A stretch of DNA of 64,000 bases, taken from positions 1 to 64,000 of the IMG/VR virus record IMGVR_UViG_3300025815_000010, one strand, 5' to 3'. The stretch comes from a virus. The notes beneath the pieces were generated by a model, which saw only the letters and a list, made by a program, of their open reading frames with translations, was not told where the DNA came from and searched no databases. A program made the position numbers and the translations under genes. Position 1 is the first letter of the stretch. Each line of letters opens with the position of its first letter. Below, one piece after another: positions 24,891 to 32,586 of the stretch.

Positions 24891-26471
24891 TTACCCCTTC
24901 ATTAGCCAGATGAATTGTTCTTGTTGCTCTAGTGCTGTTTTCTTTTTATTATCAAAGCTATTATGCCCTAACATGCCAGGTATGGTTGTGTCAAGTTTTT
25001 TATTTGTAGCAATCAAAGAACTAAAGAAAGCTTCTCTATATTCCATTTCCCTCTTATTTGCAGTCAATGCAGTATCTCTTACCCAACAAGAAATTGCCAA
25101 AGACATGATAAGGTCATCGTTGTAGCCTCTCATGGCCTGTGGCTTTCCATTATTCCAAATAAAAGTCTCCATTTCGTTACATAAGCGATTCGAATGTATA
25201 ATAACTAGTTTATTTCTGATAAACTCTTCCATTTTAGCAACAACTAAGGGCCTCGTCTTAGTTGTTGTGGAGAAACCCGGAACTGAACTAGCATTAGTGT
25301 ACGCCACTTCTTGCTCTATGTATTCGTGGGTTCCTTTCAACGAATAATATATATTAGAGTATCCAAGCAATTCAAGCTTCTCTAGAACAGAAATACCAAT
25401 ACCAATATTCTCAACAACTAAGAGGGCATTACCATACTCTTTCCCAACTTGGTCTAGGATACTAGCGTACATGTCAAGGCTTGGTTTGCCCTGATATTCT
25501 GCTACCTGCTCCATCGTAGAGACTTTGAATACGTGAAAAGCAGAACTATCTTTACCGTCACCTCTAGCAACATCTGCCACAAGTAAATAATTCTCTCCAG
25601 TTACATATCTTTCCCAGATCCAATAATTTCTATCAAAGCCTGTTCTGTAACTTGGCTCCTTGACAGTTTGTTTTATGAAAGCAATATCGTCAGGGTGTAC
25701 CACAGTTTCGCCGGATGTATTGAAGTTACACTCAAGCTCCTGTGCAATCTGGCGTCTTGACATATTTCTTGTTTCTTTCTCAAACCATTTAAGATCTCGC
25801 TCGGGATGAACATCCCATGGGAGGTTGGAGGGAAAGAAATCGTTCTCTCCTGCTTCTGCATCGACATACGTTTTGTGAAACCAGTTACCAATACCGTTTG
25901 GCGTGCTTAGGGCGATACAACGCCCACCAGTTGACAGTGTAGGGTACAGGCCCGTCCAAAGTTCCTCTAAGCCTTCGATGTGGGCAGCCTCGTCTAGAAC
26001 CAAAAGTGAAAGGGCCTCCGAACGACCAGCGTCTCCAGAAGTGGATGCTGCTTTAATCTGCGACCCGTTGCTCAATTCAAAAGAAGACCGGTTGTCAATA
26101 TTAATATCAGCAATACGAATCCACTCTGGTAGATTCTTCATAATGCTTTTTACTTTCTTTACCAAGTTTGTTGCAGTCGCAAACTTAGTTGCCATAACTA
26201 ATACATTTTTGTCTCGATGAAAGAGCAGAAGCCAGACAACATAGGCTGCAACAATTGTTGACAAACCAAGCTGTCTAGCTTTCAAGATAATGTTGAAACG
26301 ATGATCGTTGAAGTTAACCAACATATCATCTTGATATGGGAAAGTAGTAAAGGGTATTAGACCCTCAAGGGGGTGAGAAATCCTACAGTAGTTATTGATA
26401 AAGTAAGCTGGGTCTTTGCCAGACTTTACAACCTCTTTTAAGATTTCTTTTTTTGTTAGCTGGTAAGCCAT
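24891..26471 (-). CDS. terminase large subunit (T4 gp17-like)
   Basis: KARQLGLST (Walker A), LLVLDEAAHI (Walker B), STPNG, nuclease motifs ADVARGDGKDSS and DDLIMS. Confidence 0.95.
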   Translation of the reverse strand: MAYQLTKKEILKEVVKSGKDPAYFINNYCRISHPLEGLIPFTTFPYQDDMLVNFNDHRFNIILKARQLGLSTIVAAYVVWLLLFHRDKNVLVMATKFATATNLVKKVKSIMKNLPEWIRIADINIDNRSSFELSNGSQIKAASTSGDAGRSEALSLLVLDEAAHIEGLEELWTGLYPTLSTGGRCIALSTPNGIGNWFHKTYVDAEAGENDFFPSNLPWDVHPERDLKWFEKETRNMSRRQIAQELECNFNTSGETVVHPDDIAFIKQTVKEPSYRTGFDRNYWIWERYVTGENYLLVADVARGDGKDSSAFHVFKVSTMEQVAEYQGKPSLDMYASILDQVGKEYGNALLVVENIGIGISVLEKLELLGYSNIYYSLKGTHEYIEQEVAYTNASSVPGFSTTTKTRPLVVAKMEEFIRNKLVIIHSNRLCNEMETFIWNNGKPQAMRGYNDDLIMSLAISCWVRDTALTANKREMEYREAFFSSLIATNKKLDTTIPGMLGHNSFDNKKKTALEQQEQFIWLMKG

Positions 26472-26477
26472 GCTGGC

Positions 26478-27026
26478 CTACTCTTTCTTTCTAGAATCGT
26501 TCTCTGGTCTCTTGCCCGCGAAGCCACCTTGGTCCAAGAAAGTCCTAAATTTAACATCCATACGATCCTCGGATGGGGCCTTGACTTCCTCTACTTCATT
26601 TAGTGTACCAATATTGTACATTCTGTGCGCTTGACACCATGTGCGAACTCTTGAAGTGTTCTGAACAATGACGTTTACATCACCGTCTGCGGTAAGCGTG
26701 AGAGAATCGCCTGTGATTGCTTTGTACTCTTTCTTTAGGAACGTAGCAATATCATTGATCATAGACTCGACATTAGACTCAAAAGGAGTAGAATAAATCT
26801 CTTTAAGCATCACTTCAGAATGGTATGAGATTTTTAACTTCGGACCATGGAAAGAAACGCCAAAGCCATCCATAACACGTTTGTCTATCAGAGGATTCCC
26901 CTCTTCACGCTTGAGTCCAACTTTTCTTGCCTTGCCGTCAGACGCATACTCTTCCATGTGAGCCCCGTCGTAAGCGTTGGCTGCTGCTTGCGAGATCCCT
27001 CTGATGATTTCTAAAGTGGTTGCCAT
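26478..27026 (-). CDS. hypothetical protein
   Basis: Start moved to ATG 27026 (TAATG overlap, GGGAG SD); MATTLEIIRGISQAAANAYDGA. Confidence 0.7.
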   Translation of the reverse strand: MATTLEIIRGISQAAANAYDGAHMEEYASDGKARKVGLKREEGNPLIDKRVMDGFGVSFHGPKLKISYHSEVMLKEIYSTPFESNVESMINDIATFLKKEYKAITGDSLTLTADGDVNVIVQNTSRVRTWCQAHRMYNIGTLNEVEEVKAPSEDRMDVKFRTFLDQGGFAGKRPENDSRKKE

Positions 27027-27412
27027 TATTTGTCTCCCTTTTCTGGACGCCAGCCTGTTAGCCATCTTTCTTCTCTGCCTTCAACCCACTGAACGTAACA
27101 ATTATAACAACAATCATACTTGCTCATGTAGGCATCATCTTTTATACTGAAAGAAAAAGTTTCACAAACGGGGCAGTCTCTCCTTACGAATTCTTTATTA
27201 ATTAGTTTTTTAGAAACTAAAATGCCATTGACTTCGTATTTCTCTTCGCTTTCTTGGAAAGATCGTTCTTTTTCTGCCAGGATTTTCAATTGTTCTTTAT
27301 AACATTCTTCCTTTTCATCGTTCCAATACTTTCTTGGGTTTTCAATTGCCTCTGTACCGTATTTCTGGGCAATAGCTTTTTCTATCCTTGCAATTCTATT
27401 TGGGTCCTTCAC
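27026..27412 (-). CDS. hypothetical zinc-finger protein
   Basis: CPVC...CCYNC motif; GTG start overlaps the upstream TAG. Confidence 0.7.
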   Translation of the reverse strand: MKDPNRIARIEKAIAQKYGTEAIENPRKYWNDEKEECYKEQLKILAEKERSFQESEEKYEVNGILVSKKLINKEFVRRDCPVCETFSFSIKDDAYMSKYDCCYNCYVQWVEGREERWLTGWRPEKGDK

Positions 27413-27612
27413 TATGCCTCCATTTTTTCTTTGATAAGGGATACTAAATTTGATGCATCATGTTCAAAAAGGAAAGGGAAAAACGCATGTACTAAACAAA
27501 TACAAGATGCGTATAGTAGCAACAGACAAAAGCCTATAGCTCTTAGCATGTGCCCCAAATAAGACATCCCAATAGAGTTTGGATGTTCACGGAATAGCTC
27601 TATCAATCGCAT
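27412..27612 (-). CDS. small membrane protein (DUF6356-like)
   Basis: HP.SIGMSY..H...A....LL.......LVHAFFPFLF...AS pattern; likely start ATG 27612. Confidence 0.6.
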   Translation of the reverse strand: MRLIELFREHPNSIGMSYLGHMLRAIGFCLLLLYASCICLVHAFFPFLFEHDASNLVSLIKEKMEA

Positions 27613-28030
27613 ATGCAGTCCCAATCCCTAATGCTATACCAGCCACCACACTTCCAGCTATAACTAGCGGAAGGTTGACCTTCCTGTCCTTTTTAATTAG
27701 TTCTCGTAATGACTCTATTTCTTCGTCTCTAAGAGAAATCTTTTCTTCATATCTAAAAGTTCTCTCTTCTAGCTTAATGTTTAGAGTTTCTATGTCTAGA
27801 ATGTACTTTTCTCTTTGTAGGCTTAATTCAAAATTCAATCTATTTTCAAACTCTCTTTCTTGGAATTCTCTCCAAGTTAGAAGTTTAGCAGTAGCAATAT
27901 CGTCAAAGCATGTAGCTTGAAATGGTACACGACCACCGCTTGGCACCAATGTGAAGCTGCCGTCTTGTGCCATCGCCGGGTTACACAAGACTAAACTTAT
28001 ACTTAATATTTGTGCAATCTTACTTAACAT
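27587..28030 (-). CDS. exported coiled-coil protein with a C-terminal TM helix (spanin-like candidate)
   Basis: Signal peptide MLSKIAQILSISLVLCNPAMA|Q, coiled coil, C-terminal LPLVIAGSVVAGIALGIGTAYAI. Confidence 0.5.
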   Translation of the reverse strand: MLSKIAQILSISLVLCNPAMAQDGSFTLVPSGGRVPFQATCFDDIATAKLLTWREFQEREFENRLNFELSLQREKYILDIETLNIKLEERTFRYEEKISLRDEEIESLRELIKKDRKVNLPLVIAGSVVAGIALGIGTAYAIDRAIP

Positions 28031-28397
28031 AATCAAAACCAAATGCTTGTTCTATCTGTTCTGCTAGTAGTTCTGGGTTGTCTCTCCGCAATGTGACAAC
28101 CTCTTCTGTCCTAGAGTCTCTAGCAGCCTCTATGTCACGCTGCACCGTCTCAAAGATGGTCTCTAGCTCTTTTATTCTATCTTGGTACTGCTGTATGACT
28201 TGTTTCTGAAGCTCTGCCTCGCGGGCATGACTTTTCCTAATCACAGCAAGTTCTTTTTCGTACCTCTCAGTGGCACTGTCGAAGCTCTGTATTAGAGAAG
28301 AACGGTCATAATACCATGAAGCAGAAACGGTTAAAAGCAATAATCCAATTAATATTTCTTTCCAGTATTTGATCAAAAGTGTTCCTAATGGATTCAC
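28020..28397 (-). CDS. N-terminal TM plus coiled-coil protein (i-spanin/Rz-like candidate)
   Basis: ILIGLLLLTVSASWYY TM followed by a long charged coiled coil; overlaps the next gene; GGAG SD. Confidence 0.5.
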   Translation of the reverse strand: MNPLGTLLIKYWKEILIGLLLLTVSASWYYDRSSLIQSFDSATERYEKELAVIRKSHAREAELQKQVIQQYQDRIKELETIFETVQRDIEAARDSRTEEVVTLRRDNPELLAEQIEQAFGFDYVK

Positions 28398-28418
28398 TGT
28401 AACTCCACATGTATAATA

Positions 28419-28426
28419 TAATTAGT
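28419..28426 (-). promoter_or_regulatory. candidate late promoter motif ACTAATTA
   Basis: Immediately after the SbcCD stop, 21 nt upstream of GTG 28397. Confidence 0.55.
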
Positions 28427-31400
28427 TTAACATTCAACAAAAGCATGACCCTCTTTTTGTTCGATAGATATCTGCATATCGACACAATCCTTTAGAGCCT
28501 CAAGGTGAGAGATCAAAAGAACGGTCTTGAAATGACTCTTAATCATGTCTAACATTCTTGTAAAGCCTTCCATGTTTTCTTCATCGAGTGCTGTGCCTGG
28601 CTCATCAAGGATAAACACATCACCTTTGGGTAGGTTTGAAACTGAAAGCATAGCAAGTCTAATTGCCATGGCAGCAATTGTTTTCTCAGCACCTGACCCC
28701 ATCTCAAGAGGTCGTGACTCCTGGCCTGGGTGTTGGATATGGATATTCAATCTCTTGCCATCATCCTCAAAGTAAACGTCAAAGTCAACGATATTCATCA
28801 AGAACTTAGAGATTTCTTCATTGATTACGGGAAGCTTACTTTTAATAATATCATAGGCTATGCCATTGCTGTGCATGCACTTGAGGTAAAGGTCGTATGC
28901 AGAATACTCCTCTTGTAGTCTGACAAGTTCTGCCTGCTGATCTCTTAGGTTCTCTATCTTCTGCTCTAAGGAGCCAAGCTTTTTGTACAAGAATTTTGCT
29001 TGATTGTCGAAGTTCTTCTTCTTTGTTTGAGCATTGGCCAGAGCAACCTCAAGGGCTCTCTTATTAGCCATGAGAGTATTTAACCCATCGATAGCTTCCT
29101 TATTAATATTATATTGTTGCTGCTTCTCCTCTAAACCTTCTATCTCAGTAATCAAATTAGAAATGATCGCTTTATTCTTGTCGATTGTGAGCACAGCCCT
29201 ATCCAAAGCTGTTTCGTATTGCGAACGCTTTGACAGCATCTTCTGATGCTTATCAAGTTGCTCCTGTGCCTCTGTGGGGTCAAGGGCATCTCGCTTCTCT
29301 TGTAATTGAGCCTTATGAGAGTCTAGCTCAGAAAGCTGGTGCTCGTTTGTAGGAATATTAGCTTTTGCGACATAAGCATCTTTAATAAACTTACAAGTGG
29401 GGAAAGAAGAACCACAAGGGATACCCTCTAGCGTTGTTGCTTGTCTTTCATTTTGCCTCTTCTCTTTTGCTATCTCGCTGATCTTTTGATTTAGTTCTTG
29501 CATAAAATCATCAATCTTAGAGCACTTATCTACTCTATTCTCATATGTCTTCGCATCAAAGTCATCGATATAGTCGGTGAATGTTTTGATAATCTCTGTA
29601 TATCTAATCACCTTTTGCTCTAATTCAGTTTGCTGGTCTTGAACGGACACTAATTGGTTTCTTTTATCTTGCAGCCGCCTTGTCAAGTCAGCGATGTCGA
29701 TAAGCTCAGTGGGCGTTGAATCAATCTTCACCTGAAGCAGAGCTATATCTTTGCGATACCCTTCGATCTTTTCTGCTATTGCTTTAAGCTCACCTTGCTT
29801 AGTCTTATGATCTTCGATGCATTCTTCTAGGTCGTACAGAGCTTGGTCGATATCTGCGGCATACTCTTTTCCCTCAAGTCTCTTGAGTGCTCCACGCAGA
29901 TCAGATGCTTCGACTTTTGCAAACTTGTACTTTCGATCAAACAGTTCTAGGTCTAGGAACTTAGCAAAGATTTCTTTACGCTTCGTTGAGCCTTCACGAA
30001 TAAAAGAAAGAGAATCCAGCTGAGAGGACATTGAGGTTAGAAGAAAATCGTCAACTGTTCCAAAAACCTTTCTAATCTCCTTATCCGTATCGTTTCTGGT
30101 AAGGCCATTGCGCTCTGACTTAAAGCCATCAATCGACACAGACGTAAAGTTAACATCTGTCTTAGCCTCTGTTATTTGCTGGCCCTTTGACTTCTTTGTG
30201 TATTTGTCAGACTGTCGAGTAATATTCCACACTGTTCCGTCTTCTGTGAGGATTTCTAGCACACCACGAGCATACTCTTTATCAAAGTTAATTACATTTA
30301 GGTTTTTTCTTTCGTTCTTTGATGTGGTGTTGAACATCGTAAACAGTAAGCTATCGATAATGCTAGACTTACCAGAGAAGTTCTTTCCAAAGATGCCTAC
30401 GATCCCATTCAACTTTGCAAAGTCAATGTGATTATCTTCGCCATAGTTGAACAAGTTGTCGAAAGTTAGGCTACGAATAGCCCAATTGACATTTCTTAAG
30501 ACTTCCTCTTTCTCTTCGGCCATAAGGTTATACTTGTCATTCAGTTGGAGAATCTTGTTCATGACAGAATCACTAAGATTGTAATCCGACAAAAACTCCT
30601 TAATAAGTCTTCTTTGTACCACAATATCTCGTAAATCGTCGTGACGAATATGATCTACGGTGCCAACGTCAAGGCTATTCTGGCTAATGTTTCTATTGAG
30701 AAACGTGATGCTCTCTGGCTGGTATTGGTGCTTTGCCACGTCAACAGCTTTCTTCATCTCTTCTAGAGAAATGCTCTCATTTGAGACCAACCTAATGCGA
30801 GCCCCTTTATCAACTTGATACGTCGGAACCTTGCCGCTCTGTAGTTCTAGAGTAACGAAGGGCTTTGGATTCTTAAACGTAACGCGCTTGACAGTGAAGC
30901 TATCCCTATCTTGGATGTCCCAAATGAGCATACCCTTATCTTCAGACTCTCCAAAGCCTTGCTGAACGGTTGAACCTGCATAGCGGATCTTACCCTTCTT
31001 ATCCATTGCCTGAGCTTTGTGGATGTCTCCCAAGAAGCCATAATCAAACTCTTCAAAGATTGTCACATCATGCTCACCCTTTTCCATAGTCCAGCCACTG
31101 TCCGTTTGGCAGTTAGAGATAGAGCCATGATACAAAGCAATATTAACATTATCGTAGTTTGATGGATCTTGCCAGTTGTCCTCATCGAATACAGACAGGA
31201 CAGACAGCGAAAAACCATCCCTTAGATAGACCTCTTGTGAATCCTTAAGCAAGTGTAGCTTGGGGTGCTCAAGTGCTTCCACAATGGGCGTTAAGGCGTC
31301 GAGACGGCCTGTATTCTTGAGGTTGCCATCGTGATTACCAAGGATCACATATGTCGGAGCAATGTCAGCTAGTCTGCTTAGAAAAGCGGAACACATATCG

Positions 31401-31570
31401 ACAAACTCTGGTGATATTTGTGTCTTTGTGTGAGCTATATCACCACAATGAATAATGTAATCTACATCTTCTTCAAGGATCGCAGCGTAAAGCTGTTCAA
31501 ATACATCATTATATTCTTTGTGATACTTAAGATTCCTAATATGAGTATCAGCTATGTGCGCAAACTTCAA
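28427..31570 (-). CDS. fused SbcD/Mre11 nuclease and SbcC/Rad50 ATPase (T4 gp47+gp46-like)
   Basis: Phosphoesterase motifs HIADTH, GD, GNHD, HG, GDIH; Walker A GKNFSGKSS; coiled coil; signature variant GSGAE; Walker B ILDEP; LISH. Confidence 0.92.
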   Translation of the reverse strand: MKFAHIADTHIRNLKYHKEYNDVFEQLYAAILEEDVDYIIHCGDIAHTKTQISPEFVDMCSAFLSRLADIAPTYVILGNHDGNLKNTGRLDALTPIVEALEHPKLHLLKDSQEVYLRDGFSLSVLSVFDEDNWQDPSNYDNVNIALYHGSISNCQTDSGWTMEKGEHDVTIFEEFDYGFLGDIHKAQAMDKKGKIRYAGSTVQQGFGESEDKGMLIWDIQDRDSFTVKRVTFKNPKPFVTLELQSGKVPTYQVDKGARIRLVSNESISLEEMKKAVDVAKHQYQPESITFLNRNISQNSLDVGTVDHIRHDDLRDIVVQRRLIKEFLSDYNLSDSVMNKILQLNDKYNLMAEEKEEVLRNVNWAIRSLTFDNLFNYGEDNHIDFAKLNGIVGIFGKNFSGKSSIIDSLLFTMFNTTSKNERKNLNVINFDKEYARGVLEILTEDGTVWNITRQSDKYTKKSKGQQITEAKTDVNFTSVSIDGFKSERNGLTRNDTDKEIRKVFGTVDDFLLTSMSSQLDSLSFIREGSTKRKEIFAKFLDLELFDRKYKFAKVEASDLRGALKRLEGKEYAADIDQALYDLEECIEDHKTKQGELKAIAEKIEGYRKDIALLQVKIDSTPTELIDIADLTRRLQDKRNQLVSVQDQQTELEQKVIRYTEIIKTFTDYIDDFDAKTYENRVDKCSKIDDFMQELNQKISEIAKEKRQNERQATTLEGIPCGSSFPTCKFIKDAYVAKANIPTNEHQLSELDSHKAQLQEKRDALDPTEAQEQLDKHQKMLSKRSQYETALDRAVLTIDKNKAIISNLITEIEGLEEKQQQYNINKEAIDGLNTLMANKRALEVALANAQTKKKNFDNQAKFLYKKLGSLEQKIENLRDQQAELVRLQEEYSAYDLYLKCMHSNGIAYDIIKSKLPVINEEISKFLMNIVDFDVYFEDDGKRLNIHIQHPGQESRPLEMGSGAEKTIAAMAIRLAMLSVSNLPKGDVFILDEPGTALDEENMEGFTRMLDMIKSHFKTVLLISHLEALKDCVDMQISIEQKEGHAFVEC

Positions 31571-31605
31571 GTCTCCCCCTTTGCTTATGGTTTAAAATAA
31601 ACATA

Positions 31606-32547
31606 CTACAAGCTCTTTATTTTTTGCAATAAGTAGTTCTCCGCACTCATTACGGTGGCTTGTTCTTTTCTCTCTCTAAGAACGTTTTCTGGCATTTCTG
31701 CCACGTCTTCCCAGCCCTCTACGCTGATTAAGTGAGTTTCTACGCCGTATCTCATCAAACAATCTGCTATGGATGATGTCTTTTTCTTATCCATCTCTGT
31801 GTTTTCATCCAAAGCAAGGTACACTTTTGGATCATGGCGCACAAGGTTCTGGAACAGTTTTGAATTAATTCGGAGAGTTGAGCCAACTAGAGGTATGGCA
31901 GTACCTACAGTTGAGGCTCGGATCGCATCAAAAACTCCCTCTACTAGAATGACATCTCTATCCCAATCAACATAAAGTTCGTTAAATACAATATCCCTGT
32001 TTACTCTTGGATTCTTATATCTCATCCAATCTCCGTCATACGAGCGAGCTATAAAGAAATTGGCTTTGCCTGTCATACTAAAAGATGGAATAATAATTCT
32101 ACCTCTGTACTCTCCTTCATCGCAGAAACCGATCTTCCAGCGTAAAATATCTTTTCTCGTCACGCCACGACCAATCAAATAGTTCATAGCATTCTGAGCA
32201 GAGATCGTATTTGTATTAGCAAGGGAGCGAAACTCTTTTGGAAGCTCAACTACTTCTTCTGGCTTTTCTTCCTCTTCTTCAAAGATATTGTCAAAGCCAC
32301 CTAATTCTACCCTGTTGGTTAGGGCTCTCCATTCTTGGACGTGCGAGAAAGAACCGTACCTACGGATAACTTGGTAAACATCGCTGCTTCTCTTGTCACA
32401 AACCCAGCACTTGTACACGTTCTTGTCCACATTGACAGAGAACTTTCTCTTGTGATGGTTGCAATAAGGGCATATAAAAAGATGCTCTTGACCAGAAATA
32501 CGAGACCGACCAAGAACATCTTTCAGGATTTGAAGCTTTTCTCTCAT
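31606..32547 (-). CDS. DNA primase (DnaG-type, Zn-binding plus TOPRIM)
   Basis: CPYC...CWVC zinc domain; YL..RG, GRIIIP, RYKNP, LVEGVFDAI, YLALD, DVAE. Confidence 0.9.
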   Translation of the reverse strand: MREKLQILKDVLGRSRISGQEHLFICPYCNHHKRKFSVNVDKNVYKCWVCDKRSSDVYQVIRRYGSFSHVQEWRALTNRVELGGFDNIFEEEEEKPEEVVELPKEFRSLANTNTISAQNAMNYLIGRGVTRKDILRWKIGFCDEGEYRGRIIIPSFSMTGKANFFIARSYDGDWMRYKNPRVNRDIVFNELYVDWDRDVILVEGVFDAIRASTVGTAIPLVGSTLRINSKLFQNLVRHDPKVYLALDENTEMDKKKTSSIADCLMRYGVETHLISVEGWEDVAEMPENVLRERKEQATVMSAENYLLQKIKSL

Positions 32548-32571
32548 GCTCTAGGTGTAGCATGAGAGAAA
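32538..32571. promoter_or_regulatory. perfect 13-bp inverted repeat covering the primase start codon
   Basis: TTTCTCTCATGCT (32538-32550), 8-nt loop, AGCATGAGAGAAA (32559-32571). Confidence 0.85.
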
Positions 32572-32582
32572 CCAGCAGTCAA
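32554..32582 (-). promoter_or_regulatory. candidate sigma70-type promoter for a leaderless primase mRNA
   Basis: TTGACT, 17-nt spacer ending TGC, TACACC, then 6 nt to the ATG; no SD. The -10 lacks the conserved final T. Confidence 0.45.
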
Positions 32583-32586
32583 GGAA

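Noticed and set aside
20241-32547. Inteins, introns or homing endonucleases in protease, portal, terminase or primase
   Set aside because: Lengths are ordinary, motifs are contiguous, and I saw no splice-junction, LAGLIDADG or HNH motifs.
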